From NCBI GenBank assembly GCA_964450145.1, contig CAYVDS010000002.1, positions 9,978-73,977 of the forward strand: DNA of 64,000 nt. The letters run 5' to 3'. Each line of letters begins with the position of its first letter. Within the stretch, counting starts at the first letter, position 1. The stretch is from an uncultured bacterium (GTDB lineage: Bacteria > Abyssobacteria > SURF-5). Below the pieces are notes generated by a model, which saw nothing but the letters and a program-made list of their open reading frames with translations, did no database searches and was not told the DNA's origin. The translations under genes and the position numbers were made by a program. Below, piece by piece: positions 19,419 to 28,016 of the stretch.

Positions 19419-19700
19419 ATGCAAATGTACTCAGAAAGAATTGACGTGAGGTGTGAGGGCGAGCCTTCGAGGCCGGTGTCATTCACGTGGCATGACAAGG
19501 AGTTCCGGATCGAGAAGATCGTTAAAATGTGGCAGGACTGGGGCTTCCCGGCTGGCGCGCCGAAGCGCAAGACTTGGCGCCTGCGTCATCATCGAACGTA
19601 CTTCAAAGTGCGGGTCGATGATGGCAGAACCTTCGAGATTTACATGGACCGGAAAACACCGGAAATTACGTGGGTGCTGTACCGCGAGATTGAGACATAG
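19419..19700 (+). CDS. Small cytoplasmic protein (93 aa), pattern reminiscent of DUF6504
   Basis: FTWHDKEFRIEKIVKMWQDWGF...RTYFKVRVDDGRTFEIYMDR...WVLYREIE. The family assignment is from memory only. Confidence 0.5.
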   Translation: MQMYSERIDVRCEGEPSRPVSFTWHDKEFRIEKIVKMWQDWGFPAGAPKRKTWRLRHHRTYFKVRVDDGRTFEIYMDRKTPEITWVLYREIET

Positions 19701-19707
19701 CAGCGGC

Positions 19708-19965
19708 TCAGGGGGTCTTGCGGAACTTGCCGCCGCCTTCGTTAATCAGTTTTGTGAATCCGTGCTTCTTCAGATTGCTGTCCGACAGGACGGATTTATC
19801 GCTGGGACCGGTCTTAACAAACGGTACGCATATGATGCGTTCGACACAAGCCCCACATTCCGGACACTTCGCAAGTGGGGCCTCTTTTATGCTTTGCCTC
19901 TGCTCAAAATTATCCCGGCAAAACGCGCATCCGCCGGTCTTTGCTTTATACACGTACGTCGGCAC
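19708..19965 (-). CDS. FmdB-family zinc-ribbon protein
   Basis: MPTYVYKAKTGGCAFCRDNFEQRQSIKEAPLAKCPECGACVERI: the typical MPxYxY start and a CxxC...CPxCG ribbon. Confidence 0.8.
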   Translation of the reverse strand: MPTYVYKAKTGGCAFCRDNFEQRQSIKEAPLAKCPECGACVERIICVPFVKTGPSDKSVLSDSNLKKHGFTKLINEGGGKFRKTP

Positions 19966-20126
19966 AGTCCACCTCCATCAGGCGCAACAGGAACAAATCA
20001 ACCACACCACTATTTTCTATGAAGCGGGGATCAATGTCAAGGCTGGCCGAAGGCGCACCCCATGGATGAAACGCAAGTCATCTCCGCACAAGTACGCTTA
20101 TTCGGGCAGACCGTGCGTCATGGCGT

Positions 20127-20167
20127 TTATTCGGGGACACGATGCCGCATCGTGTCCCCGAATAAAC
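20127..20167. repeat. R2 hairpin repeat (TTTATTCGGGGACACGATGccgCATCGTGTCCCCGAATAAA)
   Basis: Roughly 18-bp perfect stem, read directly. It lies immediately downstream of the DUF302 gene and may act as its terminator, although no U-tract follows. Confidence 0.75.
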
Positions 20168-20180
20168 CATGAACTTGTCC

Positions 20181-20564
20181 CTACCCAGCGGCCTCATTCA
20201 TTATCTCGATCATCGTGTCTTCGACCTCCTTGGCGACCGGCTCGAGGTCTTTCCTCCCAAACGCGGCCAGTTGAACTGTCGGCTTGATGGTTGAGATCTT
20301 TACCTTGCCCTTGTCTTCGTATACCGAGATGCGGCACGGCAGCGCGGTTGAGATCATCGGCTCGGCTTCGAGCACCTTTTTGGCTTGCTGGGGGTTGCAG
20401 ACCTCGTATATCCGCACTTCCTTTTGGAACTCGACGCCTTTCTTCTTCATGGTCTCTTTCAAATTGTGCACCGTCAGCACGCCGAACTTCCTCTTCTTTG
20501 CTGCCTCTTCAAGCCTTTGCCCAACTTCGTCAATGGCTCTTTTCGATTCTGTCGTGTAAAGCAT
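20181..20564 (-). CDS. DUF302 domain protein
   Basis: From MLYTTESKRAIDEV: FGVLTVHNLKETMKKKGVEF...VRIYEVCNPQQAKKVL...ISTALPCRISVYEDKGKVKIS, the typical DUF302 pattern. Confidence 0.75.
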   Translation of the reverse strand: MLYTTESKRAIDEVGQRLEEAAKKRKFGVLTVHNLKETMKKKGVEFQKEVRIYEVCNPQQAKKVLEAEPMISTALPCRISVYEDKGKVKISTIKPTVQLAAFGRKDLEPVAKEVEDTMIEIMNEAAG

Positions 20565-20606
20565 GGAGCGCCTCCTCTTGTATTGAGATACGAAAGGCTG
20601 TCGCAC

Positions 20607-20703
20607 AATTCTGTAGGTGCGAATTTATTCGCAGTCGCAGCGCAAAAAAAAGCTGGAAATCCAGCCTATGGCGGGATGTGAATAAATTCGCACCTACAGG
20701 AAT
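20607..20703. repeat. R3 inverted-repeat element (TTCTGTAGGTGCGAATTTATTCGCA ... TGAATAAATTCGCACCTACAGGAA)
   Basis: About 24-bp terminal inverted repeats around a roughly 45-nt core. Related copies are at 25045, 32757 and 51377. Confidence 0.75.
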
Positions 20704-20867
20704 CCGCGCCAAATTTTCAATTACGGGACAGATTCATGAGCGACATTTCGGTGAACACGGAATCACAATACTATAACGCGAGTGCGTGCGATTGGACAGG
20801 AAGTCACATGCATGACCGGCCTATGCGAAGCCGGCTGCGGGAAAGGGTCGTTTCAGGTCTCGGCAAA

Positions 20868-21692
20868 CTAGCTCAAGAGTTCGTACTGTCTGAGGTAATC
20901 GAGGCTTCCTTCGAACTTCTCGCGGGTCATCTCAACAGTGAACTGAGGGCGCACGCCCCGCACCGTCAGCTCGCGGAAGAATCGCCTGAAGTCTATCGTC
21001 CCTTTCCCCAGAGCGAGATGTTCGTCTTCGAGGCCCGTATTATCGTTGAGATGAACCTCAGTAATGTCGGAGCCGAGCTCATCGAGCCAGTGACTCAAGG
21101 GGGTTCTCGAGTAGACATTGAAGTGGCCAACGTCGAAGCAGAACTTTATTACGTCGGATTTCAGCCCGTCCCTGAGAGCAACGAGGAACCGCGGCGAAGG
21201 CACGAACATGTTTTCCAGTCGTATGGTCATCGAAAGCTGTTCCGCTAAGTCCACTAGCGGTCTCCATGTGTGTATGCTGCTTTCGAGCCACGTGTTGAGA
21301 GCGCTCTCGGGTAAGAGAGGATTAATCCCGAGGTGGAGAACGAGGCTTTTTGCGCCGAGGGAGTGGCAGATGGCTAGGGTCTTGAAATAGCAGTGGCGCG
21401 TGTAGTCGCGGACAACCACGTCGAGACTCCCGGGATTAAGATCATGGATAGGGCCATGTACCGTAGCTTCGATCCCGGCTTCGTGGAGCAGGCGCGAGAG
21501 TTCGGCCACTTTTCCGCCCGGATATTTGCATATCCAGTTGGTGTCGTAGAGCGCGATTTCGACTCCGAAGCCGTTCCGGCGCAGAAACCCGATTTCGCGC
21601 CGAACCATCCTGAAGGGAAGTGTCATGAGTATCGGGAGGCACACCCTTTCAGCCCATTCCCTTTTGATTAAGCCCTCCTCTGTCTTCTCCAC
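20868..21692 (-). CDS. Xylose-isomerase-like TIM-barrel protein (sugar phosphate isomerase/epimerase family)
   Basis: 274 aa with SLVLHLG, IRLENM, FCFDVGHFNVY and VHLNDNTG...DEHLALGKGTIDF, the motifs of the AP_endonuc_2 fold. Confidence 0.8.
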   Translation of the reverse strand: MEKTEEGLIKREWAERVCLPILMTLPFRMVRREIGFLRRNGFGVEIALYDTNWICKYPGGKVAELSRLLHEAGIEATVHGPIHDLNPGSLDVVVRDYTRHCYFKTLAICHSLGAKSLVLHLGINPLLPESALNTWLESSIHTWRPLVDLAEQLSMTIRLENMFVPSPRFLVALRDGLKSDVIKFCFDVGHFNVYSRTPLSHWLDELGSDITEVHLNDNTGLEDEHLALGKGTIDFRRFFRELTVRGVRPQFTVEMTREKFEGSLDYLRQYELLS

Positions 21693-21739
21693 AGCAACTC
21701 CCTCTCGTGTCGGAGTCCGGTGTCAAGCCTTCTCCTTTG

Positions 21740-23035
21740 CTAACCCGGAACCCGAGACCCGAGATCAGAAACCCCGCGGCCGACGGCCCGCGGGCAAAGC
21801 TCGCGATTCTTCATTTCCTGCCCCATCGCGAGGCACGAGATGCGCGCGATCGTGTAATAGAGCGCAAAAGAACAATGCCCTTGATAGCAGGCAAGGACAT
21901 CGTCGAAATCTTCTTCCCCGGCCAGGCAAAGCTTGGCGAATCGCGTGCCCGGAGCGTTCAAAGATTCCGTCTCGGACCTGCTTTCGCTATAGCGGAAGAA
22001 TCCGCCGAGCACGCGGTCTCCGATCATGTAGATGACCGGCTCGCCCGCATATCCGTTGAAGTAGTCAGTGGTGGGAATACACTCCTGAATGATCACGGCG
22101 CGTATCCCGGAAGCGCCCTTGCCGCGCGCCATCTTGTTTCTCTGACTCCGGTTGAGGTTCAAGATTTCCTTGCCGGAGCCTACCACAACAATGCCCATTC
22201 CGTAAGTGCCGGCATTGTCCTTCACGAAGACGAGCGGCTTTCTGTCGATTCCGTATTCTTTGTATTTGGCGGCAATTCGGCCCAGCAGATGATCCACTTT
22301 GCCTGCTATGCGGTCAATTCCTTTGCCGTCCCTAAAACTGACATCTTCCTCGAACTCCGTCAGAGGCGACATCAGCCATGCGTCGGCGGACAGTATTTCG
22401 GCGAATTCCTTGATAAGCGAATCATAAATCTGGAAGTGCTCCCATTTCGAGCGCACATACCACCCCATCGCCGGAGGAGGTGTCACAGGCTGGCCGGTGT
22501 TGACAAGCTCTGCGGGCCTGCCGTCCGCGAAATCGTTGTTGATGAGGATCAGGTCGGGACTGAAATTATCGGCGCTCAGCGTCTCGCCGTTTCGGACGAG
22601 CTTGTGTATCCGAATTTTTTGCCCCTCGGAGGTTTCGAGTTCGGTTATCCCGTTCCGAAACTTCGGGTCGAGGCTTCCGACAAGGACTTCATAGCCGGCC
22701 CGCTCGACCATGGACTTGAGAGAATGCAGGTTCTGAAAATAATATTTGTTGCGGGTGTGGCTTTCCGGATAGATGGCGATTCGCTGGACGGCGCCGTATG
22801 TGGCGGTCACAAATCCCCGCAGCAGCTTCGCTCCGTTTTCGAGGAACGAATCGCAGAGATTGTTAAAGCCGGCCGGGAATATATTGGCGTCGATCGCCGA
22901 CATCTTGAAACCGGCGTCGCGCAGGTCAACGGAAGAGTAAATCGGGAAACACACCTTTTCCGCGTGGCGCCTTATCCAATCTTCAACGGCAGTGTGTCTC
23001 TCCGCCACAATTTTTTCAAGACTCTCGACATCCAC
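21740..23035 (-). CDS. Glutamate--cysteine ligase of the rare Acidithiobacillus-type family (GshA, TIGR02049-like); assignment from memory
   Basis: 431 aa with SSVDLRDAGFKMSAIDANIFPAGFNNL near the N-terminus and an ATP-grasp-like centre. The last ~12 codons (RGVSDLGSRVPG) are encoded by a heptad array. Confidence 0.6.
   Translation of the reverse strand: MDVESLEKIVAERHTAVEDWIRRHAEKVCFPIYSSVDLRDAGFKMSAIDANIFPAGFNNLCDSFLENGAKLLRGFVTATYGAVQRIAIYPESHTRNKYYFQNLHSLKSMVERAGYEVLVGSLDPKFRNGITELETSEGQKIRIHKLVRNGETLSADNFSPDLILINNDFADGRPAELVNTGQPVTPPPAMGWYVRSKWEHFQIYDSLIKEFAEILSADAWLMSPLTEFEEDVSFRDGKGIDRIAGKVDHLLGRIAAKYKEYGIDRKPLVFVKDNAGTYGMGIVVVGSGKEILNLNRSQRNKMARGKGASGIRAVIIQECIPTTDYFNGYAGEPVIYMIGDRVLGGFFRYSESRSETESLNAPGTRFAKLCLAGEEDFDDVLACYQGHCSFALYYTIARISCLAMGQEMKNRELCPRAVGRGVSDLGSRVPG
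21743..21777. repeat. Heptad-periodic array, 5 units (acccgga acccgag acccgag atcagaa accccgc), inverted relative to the gene it lies in
   Basis: Read directly. It overlaps the 3-prime end of the gshA-like CDS, 50 nt upstream of the TIM-barrel gene start. Confidence 0.65.
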
Positions 23036-23066
23036 GAATCTTCCTCCGAATCAGAAAGCGCGCGCC

Positions 23067-23612
23067 TCATCTAAGTTCGAGGAAACGCGCGTTAATGACT
23101 TCGATTTTGGTGATCTCGGGGTCCACGGTATCGGGGAATTCGCCAATCCGGACCCCGAACTCCCTGCGCTCCATGGACATCAACGGTCCGTCGCCCACCT
23201 CGTCGAGGTGGGAATCGACTACCAACGGGAGCTCGTAAATCTTTTCAGCGCCCGAATACGTCTGGAAATGGCATCTCAAATCGGCTGATTTCACGGCCTG
23301 TTTCCCATCATTTCTCACGTACCCTCTGATTTCGAGTTCCCGGACTCCTGTAACCAATGTGCGGAGACTTGGCAGCACGTCGTCCACTACGATACTCGGT
23401 TGAGTTTCGCGGTCAGAATCCGCACTTGGGGGGACGGAAACACCGCCCACCTCTGAGGGAGATTGGCGCGCGGCTATGAGCATCACACACATTACCACGG
23501 CGAAGGCCGCCATGGCGATAATTATTCCGAGGAAGGATTGTTTCTTTTTGGGCAAAGGCGCTTCAGAGTGAGCCGCTGAGCCACCCTTTAATGTGGTATC
23601 AAGCTCTTGCAT
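23067..23612 (-). CDS. Membrane-anchored hypothetical protein (181 aa from MQELDTTLKG)
   Basis: One TM helix (FLGIIIAMAAFAVVMCVMLIAA) followed by a soluble domain. It is the first gene of the minus-strand trio with the gshA-like and TIM-barrel genes. Confidence 0.6.
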   Translation of the reverse strand: MQELDTTLKGGSAAHSEAPLPKKKQSFLGIIIAMAAFAVVMCVMLIAARQSPSEVGGVSVPPSADSDRETQPSIVVDDVLPSLRTLVTGVRELEIRGYVRNDGKQAVKSADLRCHFQTYSGAEKIYELPLVVDSHLDEVGDGPLMSMERREFGVRIGEFPDTVDPEITKIEVINARFLELR

Positions 23613-23794
23613 GACGTGTTCGCGGCTGCCTCTCTGTGGTGTTGGACAAGCAAACCTCACGTTATCTTACGTAATTTTAGCACAACCCTGAAAGGGGCGT
23701 CAATGCGACAATCTCCAGCGCGAAAACGGTTGAACAAACTTAACCACAATGTTATAATAAAGTTATGCATGACAGAGAGGGGAAGGGGGAAAAC

Positions 23795-24388
23795 ATGCTT
23801 CAGCGAAACGCGGATGTGAAAGAACTCGGGCTCGGCCGGAAGATAAGAACCCTGCGGGAAGCGAAAAAACTCTCGATTGAAGACGTGGCAGGGAGAGCTT
23901 CGCTTACCCCCATTCTGCTTTCTCAAATCGAAAGCGAAGCAGTGACGCCGCCGGTCGCGACCTTGCTCAAACTGGCCCACGCGCTGGATGCGCATATCGG
24001 AGATTTCTTCGTCGAGGCCGGCCCGCACAAACGATATGAAGTGGTTCGCAGCGGCGAGCACAAGAAGGTGGCCCGCAAGCCTGCGCCGGGGAAATCACCC
24101 CTGAGCTACTCATATGAGGCGCTCGCGTATCGCCTGACGGAAAGGCACATGGAGCCATTCCTTACCGAATTCGATATCGACATACAAGAAGATGTGCCTC
24201 CAGTCAGCCACGAGGGGGAAGAGTTTGTCTACGTCCTCGAGGGCGAAGTCGAGTTCCATGCGGAAGACGAAATCGTTCGCCTCAACCAGGGCGATAGCCT
24301 CTACTTCGATTCGAGCATGCCGCATGCATTCGTCGGCAAAGGCAACACTAAGCCTCGGGCCGTTGTTGTTATCTACCCCGAATCATGA
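23795..24388 (+). CDS. XRE-family HTH plus cupin-domain transcriptional regulator
   Basis: [34 protein letters not shown] is the HTH_3 segment. The C-terminal part [16 protein letters not shown]...[14 protein letters not shown] is the cupin. The ATG at 23795 has a G-rich SD. Confidence 0.85.
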
Positions 24389-24972
24389 TTGAGATAAGAT
24401 TCCACGGCAGAGGCGGGCAAGGAGCGGTCACCTCTGCAAAAATTCTGGCCGACGCCTTTTTCCGCGAAGACAAGCACGTGCAGTCATTCCCCGCGTTTGG
24501 CGTCGAGAGGCGCGGCGCGCCCGTGATGGCTTTCACGCGAATTGACGAAAAACCCATCTTCATCCGCTGCAACGTGTATGAACCCGACATTGTTGTCGTG
24601 CTTGACCCCACGCTCCTCGGTGAGACGGATGTCGTCGGCGGGCTCAAGAGCGGCGGATTAATAGTCCTGAACTCGCCCAATCAAAGCGTCGAGATCGCCG
24701 AGTTCAAACCGTTTGCGGTGGCCACAGTCAACGCGACTGAGATCGCAGTCCGCCACGGATTGGGCACGAAGTCCAACCCGATCGTTAACACGGCGATTCT
24801 CGGAGCGTTCGCTCGGGCGACCGGAATCGTCAGCATCGAGTCGGTGGTGGAATGCATTCGCGTCGGCGTGCCGAAGGCCGCGGACAAGAACGCGGCGGCG
24901 GCTCGCGAAGCATACGAGCGGACACGGGTATTAGAGAAAATGGGAGAAAATAGGGACAGACCCGTAGCATAG
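24385..24972 (+). CDS. 2-oxoacid:ferredoxin oxidoreductase, gamma subunit
   Basis: [47 protein letters not shown] is a typical POR gamma N-terminus. The tail [12 protein letters not shown] and the stop codon come from repeat R4. Confidence 0.9.
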
Positions 24973-25156
24973 GGTCTGTCCCCATTTTCTCCTGAATAAG
25001 CGCGGGCAACAGAGAACGGGAACACTGAACCATGTCGCCACCGACCGTAGGTGCGAATTTATTCGCACAATATGTTCAGACTCTTTCCGCATTGCGTATG
25101 CGAATAAATTCGCGCCTACGGAATTATGGGACAGCTTCTCTGTCCCCATTTTCTCC
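24943..25156. repeat. Nested composite repeat: R4 hairpin, R3 element, R4 half-site
   Basis: The parts are GGAGAAAATAGGGACAGACCCgtagcataGGGTCTGTCCCCATTTTCTCC (24943-24992), then CGTAGGTGCGAATTTATTCGCA...TGCGAATAAATTCGCGCCTACGGAA (25045-25123), then GGGACAGcttcTCTGTCCCCATTTTCTCC (25128-25156). The same architecture occurs at 32718-32890. Confidence 0.8.
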
Positions 25157-25176
25157 GAGGGAAACGAGTTGTTGAA

Positions 25177-26865
25177 GTGAAGAAAATTCGCTACGAACAT
25201 GAATCAGACATGCCGCTCGGACCGGTGTCCGAGGCGGGTCAACTCTACAATCTGACCGGCAGTTGGCGCTATCTGCGCCCTCGATACGAGAAGAAGCTTG
25301 CGCCGTGCATCGCGGCCTGCCCGGCCGGCGAGCGTATCGAGGCATGGATCAGGCTGATAGAAGAAGAGAAGTATTTCGAGGCGTGGCAGCTCATCATAGC
25401 GGTCAATCCCTTCCCTCGCATATGCGGCAGAGTCTGTTTCCATCCGTGTGAGAGCGAATGCAACCGCGGCGAATTCGACCGGCCAATCGCGATTCACTCC
25501 CTCGAACGGTTTGTGTCTGACCACGGCAGGTCTCTGGGAGGCCCCGAGGTTCCCAAGATAGTAAAAAGCGGCAAGAGCGTCGGCGTCATAGGTTCTGGGC
25601 CGGCGGGCCTTTCCTGCGCGCACCACCTGGCGAAACGGGGACATTCAGTAACTCTTTACGAGGCAGAAACCGAACTCGGCGGCCTGCTCCGATACGGAAT
25701 TCCCGCGTATCGTCTCCCAAGAAACGTTCTCGACGAAGAAATCGACGACATCCTCAAGCTGGGCGTCGAAGTGCGAACAGGGACGCGAATCGAGACGCTC
25801 GAACCCTTGCGCAAACTTCACAATGCATTGTTCCTGGCGACAGGCTTTGGGAAAGGCAATCAGCTTGGGATCGCCGGCGAGCAGGGTTCCGGGGTGTTCG
25901 ATGCACTCGCGTTCCTCAAGCTCGCACATTCCGGGCGCGCACCGGAAATCAAGGGAAAGGTTCTCGTCATAGGCGGCGGCAATGCGGCCATCGATGCTGC
26001 GCGCACCGTCCTCCGGCTCGGCGCCGAGCCCACTATCCTTTACAGGCGCTCGCGCGCTGAGATGCCCGCGAGCTTGCCTGAGATAGAAGAGGCGGAGAAG
26101 GAAGGCATTTCCATTCGCTATCTTGTGCAACCGACGGAGATTGTCCGCGAAAATGGCCGTGTGGCCTTGGTCCAATGTGTTCGGAACGAACTCGGAGAAG
26201 TTGATGAGTCCGGCCGCAGACAGCCAGTTCCGGCCCTGGGCTCAAACTTCTTCTTGGAAGCTGAAGCCGTCATCATCGCCGCCGGAGAGAGGCCGGATAA
26301 GGCGTTCCTGAAAACGCTTATCGGCCCGAATAAGATAACCGGCGGAACAGACAAGGATACGATTGAAGATTTACTTGGACGCCTGCCCGAGGGCGTGTTC
26401 GCGGGCGGGGACCTCACCTCGCCCTTGAGAACCGTCGCCTACGCCATCGGCTCCGGCCGCAGCGCCGCAGTCAAGATCGACAAGTATCTTGGAGGCGCAG
26501 GCGAAGACCCGGCGGATTATGTCGAGGGCCGGATAGTCCGGTTCAAAGACCTCAACCTTGATTATTTCCCGCATAAGCCACGCCTCCGCCTGCCGATGCT
26601 TCCACTCCGCGAGCGCGCGGGCAATTACAGGGAAGTTTCTCTTGGCATCAATACATCCGCAGCCGCCGAAGAGGTCGAGCGATGTTTTCATTGCGGTGTC
26701 TGCATCTCATGCGACAACTGCTATCTCTATTGCCCGGATATTGCGGTGAAGAAGACTCCGGACGGCGCATATTCGATCGACTATGACTACTGCAAAGGCT
26801 GCGGAATCTGCGTGCATGAATGTCCGCGCAACGCGATGTCGATAGACGAGGAAATCCGCTCATGA
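25177..26865 (+). CDS. GltD-like NAD(P)H-dependent flavoprotein fused to a POR delta-type 2x[4Fe-4S] ferredoxin domain
   Basis: The N-terminal Fe-S region is CIAACPAGE...FPRICGRVCFHPCESECNRG. The dinucleotide folds are VGVIGSGPAGLSCAHHLAKRGHSVTLYEA and VLVIGGGNAAIDAAR. The C-terminus is CFHCGVCISCDNCYLYCP...CKGCGICVHECP. The track start at 25126 lies inside the repeat; the GTG at 25177 is more plausible. Confidence 0.85.
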   Translation: MKKIRYEHESDMPLGPVSEAGQLYNLTGSWRYLRPRYEKKLAPCIAACPAGERIEAWIRLIEEEKYFEAWQLIIAVNPFPRICGRVCFHPCESECNRGEFDRPIAIHSLERFVSDHGRSLGGPEVPKIVKSGKSVGVIGSGPAGLSCAHHLAKRGHSVTLYEAETELGGLLRYGIPAYRLPRNVLDEEIDDILKLGVEVRTGTRIETLEPLRKLHNALFLATGFGKGNQLGIAGEQGSGVFDALAFLKLAHSGRAPEIKGKVLVIGGGNAAIDAARTVLRLGAEPTILYRRSRAEMPASLPEIEEAEKEGISIRYLVQPTEIVRENGRVALVQCVRNELGEVDESGRRQPVPALGSNFFLEAEAVIIAAGERPDKAFLKTLIGPNKITGGTDKDTIEDLLGRLPEGVFAGGDLTSPLRTVAYAIGSGRSAAVKIDKYLGGAGEDPADYVEGRIVRFKDLNLDYFPHKPRLRLPMLPLRERAGNYREVSLGINTSAAAEEVERCFHCGVCISCDNCYLYCPDIAVKKTPDGAYSIDYDYCKGCGICVHECPRNAMSIDEEIRS

Positions 26866-28016
26866 AGAAAGTCATTATGGGCAATCATGCGGTCTCATAT
26901 GCGGTCATGCTTGCGCGGACCGAGGTGATCGCGGCATATCCGATTACCCCGCAGACACAGATAGTCGAAGAGCTCTCGAACATATGCGCCGAAGGCAGGC
27001 TGAAAGCGCGATTCATCAAAGTCGAGTCGGAACATTCCGCGATGGCCTGCTGCATCGGGGCCTCAGCGGCGGGCAGCCGCGCATTCACGGCCACATCATC
27101 ACAGGGACTTGCGCTCATGCACGAACTTCTGCATTGGGCCGCCGGGGCAAGAACGCCGGTTGTGCTCGCCGAAGTCAATCGCGCGCTTGCGCCCGGCTGG
27201 AATATCTGGGCCGACCAAAGCGATGCGCTCTCACAGCGCGACACCGGCTGGCTCCAGTTCTATTGCACGAGCAATCAGGAAATACTCGATTCCATCCTGA
27301 TTGCCTTTCGCGTCGCCGAAATGGTTTCTCTTCCCGCAATGGTGGTTTACGATGCGTTCTATCTTTCCCACACTTACGAGGCTGTGGATATACCCGACCA
27401 GCAGCTTGTCGATAAGTTCTTGCCGCCGTACGCGCCGGAAGTCAAACTGGACGTCGAAAAGCCCGTAGCTCTTGGCTCGCTCACCACGCCGGAATATTAT
27501 ATGGAGATGCGGCATAAAATCGAGGAGGCCACCGAGCGCGTGAATGAGGTTCTTCCGCAAGTTTATGCGGAATTCGATAGCGTCTTCGGGAGACGGTACG
27601 ACGCCATCGAGAGCTATCGCTGCGGCGACGCCGATCTGCTCCTCGTCACTTCGGGCACGGTATCGAGCACTGCCCGCATCGTGATCGATAAGTTGCGGGA
27701 TGCCGGAAAACGCGTCGGCCGCATGAACATCCGGCTGTTCCGCCCATTCCCGGCGCGCCAACTGCGCGATGCGATGAGAGGATACAAGAAGGTCGCCGTT
27801 CTCGACCGGAACATCTCGTTCGGGCAGGGCGGTATATTCGCGCAAGAATTGAAGGCCGCCCTCTGCAACGAAAACGAGAAACCGCGGATATTCGGTTTCA
27901 TTGCCGGACTTGGCGGGCGCGACATCACGCCCGCGTCCATCGAGGAGGTAATCGCCGCCACTGACAAGCTCGAGGCGCCCGCGAAAGAAATCGAATGGAT
28001 AGGGTTGAAAGCATGA
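26862..28016 (+). CDS. 2-oxoacid:ferredoxin oxidoreductase, alpha subunit
   Basis: MKKVIMGNHAVSYAVMLARTEVIAAYPITPQTQIVEEL is a typical POR alpha start. The ATG overlaps the upstream stop (ATGA). Confidence 0.92.
   Translation: MKKVIMGNHAVSYAVMLARTEVIAAYPITPQTQIVEELSNICAEGRLKARFIKVESEHSAMACCIGASAAGSRAFTATSSQGLALMHELLHWAAGARTPVVLAEVNRALAPGWNIWADQSDALSQRDTGWLQFYCTSNQEILDSILIAFRVAEMVSLPAMVVYDAFYLSHTYEAVDIPDQQLVDKFLPPYAPEVKLDVEKPVALGSLTTPEYYMEMRHKIEEATERVNEVLPQVYAEFDSVFGRRYDAIESYRCGDADLLLVTSGTVSSTARIVIDKLRDAGKRVGRMNIRLFRPFPARQLRDAMRGYKKVAVLDRNISFGQGGIFAQELKAALCNENEKPRIFGFIAGLGGRDITPASIEEVIAATDKLEAPAKEIEWIGLKA

Noticed and set aside
21707-23074. 455-aa plus-strand ORF opposite the gshA-like gene
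   Set aside because: It has no motifs, and its N-terminus is translated from a heptad array. The minus-strand frame has family-specific motifs and operon context.
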